The translations under genes were made by a program, and so were the position numbers. A model generated the notes under the pieces. It was not told the DNA's origin, did not search any database, and saw nothing but the letters and a program-made list of their open reading frames with translations. Below, one piece after another: positions 37,036-45,829 of a DNA stretch of 64,000 nt. Location of the stretch: the NCBI GenBank assembly GCA_035545835.1, contig DASZXO010000022.1, positions 1,092 to 65,091 on the forward strand, written 5' to 3'. Origin of the DNA: Lacunisphaera sp. GTDB taxonomy: Bacteria; Verrucomicrobiota; Verrucomicrobiia; Opitutales; Opitutaceae. Position 1 is the stretch's first letter. Every line of letters begins with the position of its first letter.

Positions 37036-38301
37036 ATGGCTCACCTGCGATTCGTTGCGCCTTGGTTTGTGCTGCTGCTCCTCGGCGGCTGCGCGTCCTT
37101 GCCGCGCGAGTACGTCATCACGGATTTCGGGGCGAGGGCGGGTGGCGAAGAAATCGCCACGCGCGGCATCCAGGCGGCGATCGATGCCGCGGCGCAGGCC
37201 GGCGGCGGCACCGTCGTGGTGCCGGCGGGTGTGTTTCGCAGCGGTTCGATCTTCCTGAAACCCGGGGTCCAGTTGCACCTCGCCGAGGACGCAGTGCTGA
37301 AGGGCTCGGAAAACATTGCCGACTATCCCAAGCAGCCCACGCGCATCGAGGGACATGTCGAACCCTGGCGGATGGCGCTGGTCAACGCCGAGGACCTGGC
37401 GGGGCTGCGCATCACGGGCCCGGGGCGACTCGATGGCAGCGGTCCGGTCTACTGGCGTGCTTTCTGGCAGCGGCGGAAAGAAAACCCGAAGTGCACGAAT
37501 CTCGAGGTCGAGCGACCGCGCCTGATTTACCTCGCCCGCTGTCGCGATGTCCGCATCGAGAGAATCGCGCTGGCGGACGCCGGTTTCTGGAACCTGCACC
37601 TGTACGCGTGCCGCGACGTTGTGCTCAGGAACCTGCGGATCACGCTCCCGAGCGCGACCGGCGGACTGCGCGGCCCGAGCACCGATGGCATTGACATCGA
37701 CAGCTCGCAGCGCGTCACGGTCACGGGATGTTACATTTCGACCAACGACGACGACATCGCGCTGAAGGGCAGCAAGGGTCCGCGGGCGGACCTCGACGCC
37801 TCCAGCCCGCCGGTCGAGGACATCCGGGTGGAGAACTGCGAGATCGGCGACGGCAACGGCCTGATCACGTGCGGCAGCGAGGCGACCGTGGTGCGGCGGG
37901 TGACGGTGCGGGATTGCGTCCTGACCGGCCGGGCGACGCTGCTCACGCTGAAGCTCCGGCCCGACACGCCGCAGTATTATTCGGACATCACGCTCGACGG
38001 CATCCGGCTGGCCGGCGAAGGGCGGCTGCTGAACGTGGCGCCGTGGATGCAGTTCTTCGACCTGCAGGGCCTGCCGCCGCCGGCGCGCACGGTGGAGCGC
38101 GTCGTCCTGCGGAACATCACCGGCCGGTACCGCGCCTTGGGCACTTTGCGCGGCAACCCCGGCGACACACTGCGCGATATCACGCTGGAAAACTTCGACG
38201 TGCAGCTCGCGGATGACGCCTTCGCGCCCGGCCCGGTGGAACGCCTCGCGCTGCGCCACGTGGTCGTGAACGGGCGGGAGGTTTCGGTTCCGCCGCGCTG
38301 A
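37036..38301 (+). CDS. Glycoside hydrolase family 28 lipoprotein (polygalacturonase-like)
   Basis: Lipobox LLGGC; ITDFGA, IQAAID, PSTDGIDID, NDDDIALKG and CGSE. Start ATG 37036. Confidence 0.88.
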   Translation: MAHLRFVAPWFVLLLLGGCASLPREYVITDFGARAGGEEIATRGIQAAIDAAAQAGGGTVVVPAGVFRSGSIFLKPGVQLHLAEDAVLKGSENIADYPKQPTRIEGHVEPWRMALVNAEDLAGLRITGPGRLDGSGPVYWRAFWQRRKENPKCTNLEVERPRLIYLARCRDVRIERIALADAGFWNLHLYACRDVVLRNLRITLPSATGGLRGPSTDGIDIDSSQRVTVTGCYISTNDDDIALKGSKGPRADLDASSPPVEDIRVENCEIGDGNGLITCGSEATVVRRVTVRDCVLTGRATLLTLKLRPDTPQYYSDITLDGIRLAGEGRLLNVAPWMQFFDLQGLPPPARTVERVVLRNITGRYRALGTLRGNPGDTLRDITLENFDVQLADDAFAPGPVERLALRHVVVNGREVSVPPR

Positions 38302-38306
38302 AAAGG

Positions 38307-38360
38307 GTAGGGCGGCGACTCCGTTCACCGCTGCGGCGCGCAAGGGACGGCGCGCCCTAC
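38307..38360 (+). repeat. GTAG REPIN-like family E copy
   Basis: GTAGGGCGGCGACTCCGTTCACCGC...GGCGCGCCCTAC. Confidence 0.8.
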
Positions 38361-38491
38361 CTGCCCACGGCGAGTGCGGCAACTGGCTCAAACCGGTCAC
38401 CCCATCGACATTCAAACGTTGGACGGACTATGCCGAGGTGGCCGCTTGCTTTCACGGGGGCCCGGCGCAGATTGGGCGCCACCCCTTACCC

Positions 38492-39616
38492 ATGAATTCA
38501 CCCCACGCTTCACGCCCCGGGCTGCCGGTTTCCCGGCGCCAGTTTCTCGGTCATCTTTCCGTTGGCGCCGCCCTGCTCGCGGCCGGAAGCCGCGCTCGCG
38601 GGGACGATTCGCCGGCGAAGAAGCTCGGTGTCGCGCTCGTCGGCCTTGGCAGCTACGCCAGCGGCCAGCTCGGGCCGGCGTTGAAGAAGACGAAATACTG
38701 CCGGCTGGCGGGAGTCGTGACCGGTTCGCCCGAGAAGGGCCGAAAATGGGCGCAGAACTTCGGTTTTCCCGAGACGAGCATCTACGGCTACGACACGATG
38801 GCGCGGCTCGCGGACAATCCCGACATCGACATCGTGTATGTCGTCACCCCTAACAGCCTCCATGCCGAGCACTGCATCGCCGCCGCGCGCGCCGGCAAGC
38901 ACGTGATCAGCGAAAAGCCGTTCACCACCACGGTCGCCGACGCCGAGCGCGTGCTCGCCGTGTTCCGGGAGAAAAACATCCGGCACTCGATCGGTTATCG
39001 GCTGCATTTCGATCCCTACCACGAGGAGCTCCGGCGGCTCGTGCGGACGAACGAATTCGGGCCGTTCATGAAGACGAAGGGTGATTTCAGCTTCACCATG
39101 AACAGCCGCCCATGGCGCGCCATCCGGCAGTTTGCCGGCGGCGGCCCCTTGATGGATGTGGGCGTGTACGTCATTCAGGAAGGCTGCATGGCCGCCGGCG
39201 ACGTTGCGCCCGTGGCGGTGACGGCGAAGGAAGGACCGAAGACCCGCCCCGACATCTTCCAGGACGTCGAGGAGGACATCGCGTGGACCATGGAGTTTCC
39301 CAACGGCTCGACCTGCGAAGGCCACTGCAGTTACCAGCAAAACAAGAACTGGTTCCGCGCCGACGCAGCGAAGGGTTGGTACGAGATCAGCCCAGCCTAC
39401 TCCTACAACGGCCTCGCCGCCGCGACCAGCAAGGGTCCGCTGCATTTCCCGGGCGGGTTCAGCCAGCAGGCGGCGCAGATGGACGACTTTGCCCGCGCCA
39501 TCCTGGATCACCGGCCCTCGCCGGTCCCGGGTGAGATGGGCCTGCGCGACATGAAGATCATCGCCGCGATCTACGAAGCCGCCGCGACGGGCAAACGGGT
39601 GACGATTGCGGCCTGA
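38492..39616 (+). CDS. Tat-exported Gfo/Idh/MocA oxidoreductase (glucose-fructose oxidoreductase-like)
   Basis: SRRQFL twin-arginine signal; GVALVGLGSYA, VTPNSLH, SEKP and DVGVY. Confidence 0.92.
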   Translation: MNSPHASRPGLPVSRRQFLGHLSVGAALLAAGSRARGDDSPAKKLGVALVGLGSYASGQLGPALKKTKYCRLAGVVTGSPEKGRKWAQNFGFPETSIYGYDTMARLADNPDIDIVYVVTPNSLHAEHCIAAARAGKHVISEKPFTTTVADAERVLAVFREKNIRHSIGYRLHFDPYHEELRRLVRTNEFGPFMKTKGDFSFTMNSRPWRAIRQFAGGGPLMDVGVYVIQEGCMAAGDVAPVAVTAKEGPKTRPDIFQDVEEDIAWTMEFPNGSTCEGHCSYQQNKNWFRADAAKGWYEISPAYSYNGLAAATSKGPLHFPGGFSQQAAQMDDFARAILDHRPSPVPGEMGLRDMKIIAAIYEAAATGKRVTIAA

Positions 39617-39632
39617 GGCCGTTTCCCCTTTC

Positions 39633-40487
39633 ATGAGACCCCTGCGCTCCGTCCTGCTCCTCCCGCTGCTCGCCGCCATGTCGCTTCCCGGCCAGGAAAA
39701 ATCCGCCGCCACGCCGCCGCCCGTGTTCGGCTCGCAGGTCGTGCATTTCGCGGACCTGAAGGCCTTCGGCACCGGGGTGGGCGAGCGCCGCGACGTGGCG
39801 AACAACCCCACCGCCACGCTCGAGCGCTTCGAGTGCCACATCAGCGTGCTCAATCCGTCGCAGGTGTCGCATCCGCCGCACACGCACCCGCAGGAGGAGC
39901 TGATCATCCTGCGCGAGGGCACGCTCGACGTGAACGCCAACGGCAAGGTGCAGCGCGTCGGTCCCGGCGCGTTCTTCTTCTTTCGCTCGAACAACCCGCA
40001 CAACGTGTCGAACAACGGGACGGTGCCGGCGAAGTACTTCGTGTTCAATTTCGCCACCGCGCGCACCCATGCGGCGCCCGCCGTCGGCGCGCCGACCGCG
40101 CCGGGCGAACTGGGTTCCACCGTCCTCGACTGGCCGCAACTGCCGGTGCAGCCGACCAAGAATGGCGAACGCCGCGAGGTCGTCGACTCGCCCACGGCCA
40201 CGCTGGCGCACCTCGAATGCCATGTGACGACGCTCAACCCCGGCCGGGCGCCGCACGCCGCCCACCACCATCCCGACGAGGAGATCATCCTCGTCAAGGA
40301 CGGGCAGCTCGAGGTCACCATCAACGGCAAGACCGACACGGCTGTCGCCGGCGACATCGCCTTCTTCTCGTCCAACGACGAGCACGGATTGAAGAACAAC
40401 GGCCCGACGCCGGCGGCCTACTACGTCTTGCGCGTCGTCACGGAGAAGACGCCGGCGGCCGCCCCGAAGGCCGCCGCAACGAACTGA
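39633..40487 (+). CDS. Secreted bicupin protein
   Basis: Signal peptide; two cupin domains (HPPHTHPQEE and HAAHHHPDEE). Confidence 0.88.
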   Translation: MRPLRSVLLLPLLAAMSLPGQEKSAATPPPVFGSQVVHFADLKAFGTGVGERRDVANNPTATLERFECHISVLNPSQVSHPPHTHPQEELIILREGTLDVNANGKVQRVGPGAFFFFRSNNPHNVSNNGTVPAKYFVFNFATARTHAAPAVGAPTAPGELGSTVLDWPQLPVQPTKNGERREVVDSPTATLAHLECHVTTLNPGRAPHAAHHHPDEEIILVKDGQLEVTINGKTDTAVAGDIAFFSSNDEHGLKNNGPTPAAYYVLRVVTEKTPAAAPKAAATN

Positions 40488-40508
40488 GGCGCGCCGGGCG
40501 TCCGGGAG

Positions 40509-40566
40509 GTAGGGCGGCGACTCCGCTCGCCGCCGTGACCGGCGCGGAGCGGAGTCCGCGCCCCAC
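40509..40566 (+). repeat. GTAG REPIN-like family E copy
   Basis: GTAGGGCGGCGACTCCGCTCGCCGCC...GGAGTCCGCGCCCCAC. Confidence 0.75.
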
Positions 40567-40654
40567 CATTCCCGACCCGAAAACTAACGTTAGCACAATC
40601 TGGCGGGCGGAAGGTTTGACGCTGTCCGTGCGGCGTGCTCGCTTCGGGACCGTC

Positions 40655-41593
40655 GTGAACCTCTCCACCCCGCCAGTTCACCGCGCCATCCTGGTTCTGG
40701 CCTGCTGCCTCGGCGGGTGGGTGAACCTCGCCGCCGCCGGGCCGGCGCCGGCCGTCGCGCCATCGCCGACGCGCGCCTGGGTGGAACAGCTCTTCGGGGC
40801 GCTCAAGGCGCCGATTCCGCCGCGGCACCTCGTGGGCCCCATCCACTACGTCGGCGTGAGCGGCGTCAGCTCGTTCCTCATCACCACGCCGGCCGGGCAC
40901 ATCCTGCTCGACACGGGTTTCGCGGACACGGAACCGCGGGTCGAACACAGCGTCGAGCAGCTCGGCTTCAAGCTGGCGGACATCAAGTTCATCCTGAGCA
41001 GCCACGCGCATGTCGACCACGTCGGCGGCCACGCGGCGATGCAGAAGCTCACCGGGGCGCAGGTCGTGGCCAGCGCGGCCGACGCCCGGCTGCTCGAGTC
41101 CGGCGGCGCGGACGATTTCCTGGCGTGGCCCAGGGACACGCTGGCGTTTGCGCCGGTACACGTTGACCGGATTGTCGGCGACGGCGACTCGGTGTCGCTC
41201 GGCGGCGTGACCCTCACCGCCCACCTCACGCCCGGGCACACGCGCGGCGCGACAACCTGGACGATGGACGCCACGGACGGCGGCCGCACGTACCACGTCG
41301 TCTTTTTCAGCAGCACGACCGTCAATCCCGGCACGAGCCTCGTGCTGCACCCGGCTTATCCCGGGATCGTCGCGGACTACGAAAGGACTTTCGCGGCGCT
41401 CAAGGCGCTGCCCTGCGACATCTTCTTCGCGCCGCACGGCAGCCAGTTCGATCTCGCCGGCAAGTTCGCCCGCCAGGATCGCGGCGAAGGCGTCGCGGCC
41501 TTCGTCGATCCCGAGGGCTGGCACAAACTCCTCGCGACCGTCGAGGGGGCATTCCGGGACCAGCTGGTCGCCGAGCAGGCGGCGGCGAAATGA
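40655..41593 (+). CDS. Subclass B3 metallo-beta-lactamase-like protein
   Basis: Signal peptide; IHYVG, SHAHVDH (HxHxDH), TPGHTRGATTW and PCDIFFAPH zinc ligands. Start GTG 40655. Confidence 0.9.
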   Translation: MNLSTPPVHRAILVLACCLGGWVNLAAAGPAPAVAPSPTRAWVEQLFGALKAPIPPRHLVGPIHYVGVSGVSSFLITTPAGHILLDTGFADTEPRVEHSVEQLGFKLADIKFILSSHAHVDHVGGHAAMQKLTGAQVVASAADARLLESGGADDFLAWPRDTLAFAPVHVDRIVGDGDSVSLGGVTLTAHLTPGHTRGATTWTMDATDGGRTYHVVFFSSTTVNPGTSLVLHPAYPGIVADYERTFAALKALPCDIFFAPHGSQFDLAGKFARQDRGEGVAAFVDPEGWHKLLATVEGAFRDQLVAEQAAAK

Positions 41594-41612
41594 AACGGCG
41601 ATCGCCACGTCC

Positions 41613-42872
41613 ATGAGCCGGCGGCACCTGCAGGGACTGCGCTGGTGGATGATCTCCCTGATCATGCTCGGCGCGATCATCAACTACCTCACGCGCAGCA
41701 CCCTGGCGGTGGCGGCGCCGACGCTGCTCTCCGACCTGCACATCTCCGCGAAGGAATACTCGTGGATCACGGGTGCGTTCCAGGGGACGATCATGCTGCA
41801 ACCGTTCGCCGGGTATTGCCTCGATGTGGTGGGGCTGAAACTCGGCTTTGCCCTGTTCGCGACCGCCTGGTCGCTGACCACCATGGCGCACGGCCTCGCC
41901 CACACCTGGCAGGGGTTTGCCTGGCTGCGCGGCTTGCTCGGGCTGAGCGAAGGCTCGGCCAATCCCGCCGGCATCAAGGCGATCGCCGAATGGTTTCCCG
42001 GGCGCGAACGCGGGCTCGCCGGCGGCGTGTACAACATCGGCGCCTCGGTCGGCTCGATGCTGGCGCCGCCGCTCGTCGCCTGGGCCATCCTCGTCTACAA
42101 CTGGCGGATTGCCTTCGTGATCACCGGCGCGCTCGGGCTGGTGTGGGTGGTGCTCTGGCTGTGGCTGTACGAGGCCCCGGACAAACATCCCGCATTGTCG
42201 GAGGAGGAGCGGGCCTTCATCGCGGCGGGACAGGAGGAACACCTGCGCGGAGACGGCCGGCGGCCCGCGATGACCGCGATCCTCAAGCAGCGCAACTTCT
42301 GGGGCATCGCCCTGCCGCGCTTTCTGGCCGACCCCACGTGGGGGACCTTGACCTTCTGGCTGCCGCTCTACCTGACGAGCGTGCGGCATTTCGACCTGAA
42401 ACAGATCGCGCTGTTCGCCTGGCTGCCCTTCCTCGCGGCCGACCTCGGCTGCCTGTTCGGCGGCACCGTGAGCCTCACGCTGCAAAGGCGCGGCGTCAGC
42501 CTGATCAATGCCCGGCGGGGCGCCTTCACCCTCGGCGCGATCCTGATGACGGGCGTCGGGTTCACGGGTTTCGTCGCCAGCCCGTACGTCGCCATCGCGC
42601 TGCTCTGCCTCGGTGGCTTTGCGCACCAGACGCTTTCGGTCACGGTCATCACCATGGCCTCGGACCTCTTCCGCAAGAACGAGGTCGCGACGGTCGCGGG
42701 CCTCGCGGGCACGATGGGCAACCTCGGGCTGCTGATCTTCACGCTGCTGATCGGCGGGCTCGTGGCCACGGTGGGCTACGCCCCGTTTTTTGTCGTGCTC
42801 GCCGTGCTCGATCTGGTCGGGGCGGTGGTGTTGTGGACCGTGGTGCGCGACCGCCCGGCCGGCGCGGCCTGA
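41613..42872 (+). CDS. MFS transporter, ExuT/hexuronate-like (ACS family)
   Basis: INYLTRSTL, AEWFPGRERGLAGGVYNIGAS and FWLPLYL; about 12 TM segments. Confidence 0.9.
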   Translation: MSRRHLQGLRWWMISLIMLGAIINYLTRSTLAVAAPTLLSDLHISAKEYSWITGAFQGTIMLQPFAGYCLDVVGLKLGFALFATAWSLTTMAHGLAHTWQGFAWLRGLLGLSEGSANPAGIKAIAEWFPGRERGLAGGVYNIGASVGSMLAPPLVAWAILVYNWRIAFVITGALGLVWVVLWLWLYEAPDKHPALSEEERAFIAAGQEEHLRGDGRRPAMTAILKQRNFWGIALPRFLADPTWGTLTFWLPLYLTSVRHFDLKQIALFAWLPFLAADLGCLFGGTVSLTLQRRGVSLINARRGAFTLGAILMTGVGFTGFVASPYVAIALLCLGGFAHQTLSVTVITMASDLFRKNEVATVAGLAGTMGNLGLLIFTLLIGGLVATVGYAPFFVVLAVLDLVGAVVLWTVVRDRPAGAA

Positions 42873-42910
42873 GCTTGCGCCGCCCGGGGCAATGTTGGAA
42901 ACCTCGCACC

Positions 42911-44575
42911 ATGACTGAGCCCGCGCCCACCGTCCGCAATCCCATCCTGCCCGGCTTCAATCCCGATCCGTCGATCGTGCGCGTCGGCGACGACTACTAC
43001 ATCGCCACCTCGACCTTCGAGTGGTTCCCCGGCGTGCAGATCCATCACTCGCGCGACCTGCGGCACTGGCGGTTGCTCACGCGCCCGCTGCGCCGCCCGA
43101 GCCAGCTCAACCTGCTCGGCGATCCCGACTCGTGCGGCATCTGGGCGCCGTGCCTGAGCCACGCCGACGGCCGGTTCTGGCTCATCTACACGGACGTGAA
43201 GCGCTACGGCCGCACCTCGACCGGCGGGGCGGCCGGCGGCGCCTCGCTGCGCGATTTCCACAACTACCTCGTGACTTGCCCGACGATCGACGGCGACTGG
43301 TCCGACCCAGTGTACCTCAACAGCAGCGGCTTCGACCCGTCGCTGTTTCACGACGCCGACGGCCGCAAGTGGCTCGTCAACCAGCTCTGGGACCACCGCC
43401 CGGGCCGGAACCGTTTCGCCGGGATCGTCCTGCAGGAATACTCCGTCGCGGAGCGCCGGCTCGTCGGCGAGCGCAGCAACATCTTCGCCGGCACGGAGCT
43501 CGGGTTCACCGAGGCGCCGCACCTCTACCGGCGCGGTGGCTGGTATTATCTGCTGACCGCGGAAGGCGGCACCGGTTGGGGCCACGCGGTCACGATGGCG
43601 CGTTCGCGCGCGCTCACGGGGCCGTACGAACTGCACCCGGACAAGTACATCCTCAGCTCGCGCCACCGGCCCGACGTGCCGCTCCAGCGCGCGGGCCACG
43701 CGGACCTGGTCGAGACGAAGACCGGCGAGACCTTGATGGTCTACCTCTGTGGCCGGCCGTTGCCCAATCGTGGCACCTGCACGCTCGGGCGCGAGACGGC
43801 GATGCAACCGATGGTGTGGGGCGCCGACGGCTGGCTGCGCACGACGGACGGGCAGGGGATCGCACAGGCCGAGGTCGCGCTGCCGCGGCTCCCCCCGCAT
43901 CCGTTTCCACCGGCGCCCGCCCGCGAGGACTTCAACGGCCCGGCGCTGCCGATCGACTTCCAGTGGCTGCGGTCGCCCTGGCCCGACGAGTTGTTCAGCC
44001 TCACGGCCCGGCCCGGGCACCTGCGGCTGTTCGGCCGCGAGACGATCGGCAGCCTGTTCAGGCAGGCGCTGGTCGCGCGGCGCCAGCAGGCGCATTGCTA
44101 CAGCGCGGCCACGGTCGTCGAGTTCGAGCCGGGGCATTTCCAGCAGATGGCCGGCCTCGTGTGCTACTACGGCGGCACGAAGTTCCACTACCTGTACCTC
44201 TCGCACGACGAGCAGGCGGGCAAGCACCTGCGCGTGATGTCGGCGCTGCCGAACCACATGCAGGCCGACGCCTTCACGCCGCCGATCCCCATCCCGGCGG
44301 GCCGGCCCGTGCAGCTTCGCGTCGAGGTCGATTGCGAGCGGCTGCATTTCGCGTACCGGCTCGACGACGGCGGCTGGCAATGGCTGCCGCAGCAGTTCGA
44401 CGCCAGCATCCTGTCGGACGAGGCCAGCGCGCCGGGCAACGCGAACTTCACCGGCGCCTTTGTCGGCCTGGCGTGCTCGGACCTTGCCGGCACGGCGCGG
44501 CCGGCGGACTTCGACTGGTTCGAGTACCGCGAGCGGTCGTTCCGCGCGAATCCGTTCGCGGCGGAGATGGGGTGA
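42911..44575 (+). CDS. GH43 beta-xylosidase / arabinofuranosidase
   Basis: NPILPGFNPDPS, STFEWFPG, GIWAP, GFDPSLFHD, TEAPH and LGRET; C-terminal beta-sandwich. Start ATG 42911. Confidence 0.95.
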   Translation: MTEPAPTVRNPILPGFNPDPSIVRVGDDYYIATSTFEWFPGVQIHHSRDLRHWRLLTRPLRRPSQLNLLGDPDSCGIWAPCLSHADGRFWLIYTDVKRYGRTSTGGAAGGASLRDFHNYLVTCPTIDGDWSDPVYLNSSGFDPSLFHDADGRKWLVNQLWDHRPGRNRFAGIVLQEYSVAERRLVGERSNIFAGTELGFTEAPHLYRRGGWYYLLTAEGGTGWGHAVTMARSRALTGPYELHPDKYILSSRHRPDVPLQRAGHADLVETKTGETLMVYLCGRPLPNRGTCTLGRETAMQPMVWGADGWLRTTDGQGIAQAEVALPRLPPHPFPPAPAREDFNGPALPIDFQWLRSPWPDELFSLTARPGHLRLFGRETIGSLFRQALVARRQQAHCYSAATVVEFEPGHFQQMAGLVCYYGGTKFHYLYLSHDEQAGKHLRVMSALPNHMQADAFTPPIPIPAGRPVQLRVEVDCERLHFAYRLDDGGWQWLPQQFDASILSDEASAPGNANFTGAFVGLACSDLAGTARPADFDWFEYRERSFRANPFAAEMG

Positions 44576-44594
44576 AGCGGGTGCATTGCATGGA

Positions 44595-44642
44595 GTAGGT
44601 CGGGGTGTATCCCCGACATGTCGGGCATAAAGCCCGACCTAC
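44595..44642. repeat. GTAG REPIN-like family C doublet
   Basis: GTAGGTCGGGGTGTATCCCCGAC-AT-GTCGGGCATAAAGCCCGACCTAC. Confidence 0.8.
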
Positions 44643-44676
44643 AGGAAAGGTTCGCAAGCCGGCAGTTTTCGCAGAG

Positions 44677-44749
44677 GGGAGGCGGGACCATCAGTCCTGC
44701 GGGATGCGATTGACGCCGCGGCCTCGCGGGGCCGATGGCCCCGCCTCCC
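44677..44749 (+). repeat. Diverged REPIN-like family A copy
   Basis: Same scaffold GGAGGCGGGAC...CCTCGCGGGG...CCCCGCCTCC, with altered but still pairing hairpins. Confidence 0.6.
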
Positions 44750-44904
44750 TTTCTGGCCCAAGCCCCGGCCCGCCGCGCGGCGCGCCATCCGGGCAGGTTA
44801 ACCGCGGGCGCGCTTTTGGCAATTTCTGCGGCGCGGCCGGTCGGCGGCAGGCCTAGAGTGAGGCTCCCGCAGCGCGGGATGCACCCGCGGTGCGGACCCG
44901 CGTC

Positions 44905-45825
44905 ATGCCTACCCGCCGTGAATTCCTGAAAACCGGACTGGCGCTCGGTGCCGCCGTTTCGCTCCCTGGATGGCGCCGCCTCGCCGCGGCCGAAATCCCG
45001 ATGGCGGTCGGACCCAAGCCCGTCCTCGTCGCCGTGCGCGAAGGCACCCGGACTGCCATGCTCGACGCGGCGCTGAAGTCGCTCGGGGGCATCGGCGCCT
45101 TTGTGCGGCCGGGCCAGACGGTTTGCCTCAAGCCCAACATCGGCTGGGATGCCCCGCCCGAACGCGGCGCCGACACCCATCCCGAGCTGGTCGGGCATCT
45201 GACGCGGCTGTGCCTCGCGGCGGGCGCGAAGTCGGTCGCCGTCTTCGACAACCCCTGCGACCAGTGGCAGCGCTGCTACGAGCACAGCGGCATCGAGCAA
45301 GCCGCGCGCGAGGCCGGGGCCCAGGTCGTCAACGGCAAGGATCGCAGCCTTTATCGCGAGGTCGAGGTGCCCGGTGGCGTCAGCCTCAAGCGCGCCCTCG
45401 TGCACTCGCTCGTGCTCGACAGCGACGTGTTCCTCAACGTGCCCGTGCTCAAGCACCACAGCGGCACCGGCATGACCGCCGCGATGAAGAACCTGATGGG
45501 CTGCGTCTGGGATCGCGGTTTCTACCACCAGAACAACGTGCACCAGGCCATCGCGGACTTCCTGCTCCTGCGCAAGCCGACGCTCAACCTCCTCGATGCC
45601 TACCACCCGATGGTCCGCAACGGCCCGCGCGGCCGGACGGTCGACGACGTCGTCGAGATGCGCATGCTGCTCGCATCGACGGACCCGGTCGCGCTCGATG
45701 CCGCGGCGGCGCGCACCCTCGGGCTCGACCCCGAATCGATCGCATACATCCCGCTGGCGGCGCAGCTGACGGTCGGCGTGGCCGACCTTGAAGCGGTCGA
45801 GGTCCGGCGGATCAACCTGGCTTGA
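44905..45825 (+). CDS. Tat-exported DUF362 domain protein
   Basis: TRREFLK twin-arginine signal; VCLKPNIGW, THPELV, NVPVLKHH and KNLMG. Confidence 0.9.
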   Translation: MPTRREFLKTGLALGAAVSLPGWRRLAAAEIPMAVGPKPVLVAVREGTRTAMLDAALKSLGGIGAFVRPGQTVCLKPNIGWDAPPERGADTHPELVGHLTRLCLAAGAKSVAVFDNPCDQWQRCYEHSGIEQAAREAGAQVVNGKDRSLYREVEVPGGVSLKRALVHSLVLDSDVFLNVPVLKHHSGTGMTAAMKNLMGCVWDRGFYHQNNVHQAIADFLLLRKPTLNLLDAYHPMVRNGPRGRTVDDVVEMRMLLASTDPVALDAAAARTLGLDPESIAYIPLAAQLTVGVADLEAVEVRRINLA

Positions 45826-45829
45826 ATCC

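Noticed and set aside
36436-44575. Apparent fusions 36436..38301, 39833..41593 and 41645..44575
   Set aside because: The N-terminal parts are out-of-frame readings of ThuA, the bicupin and the MFS gene. Signal peptides or family N-termini mark the true starts at 37036, 40655 and 42911.
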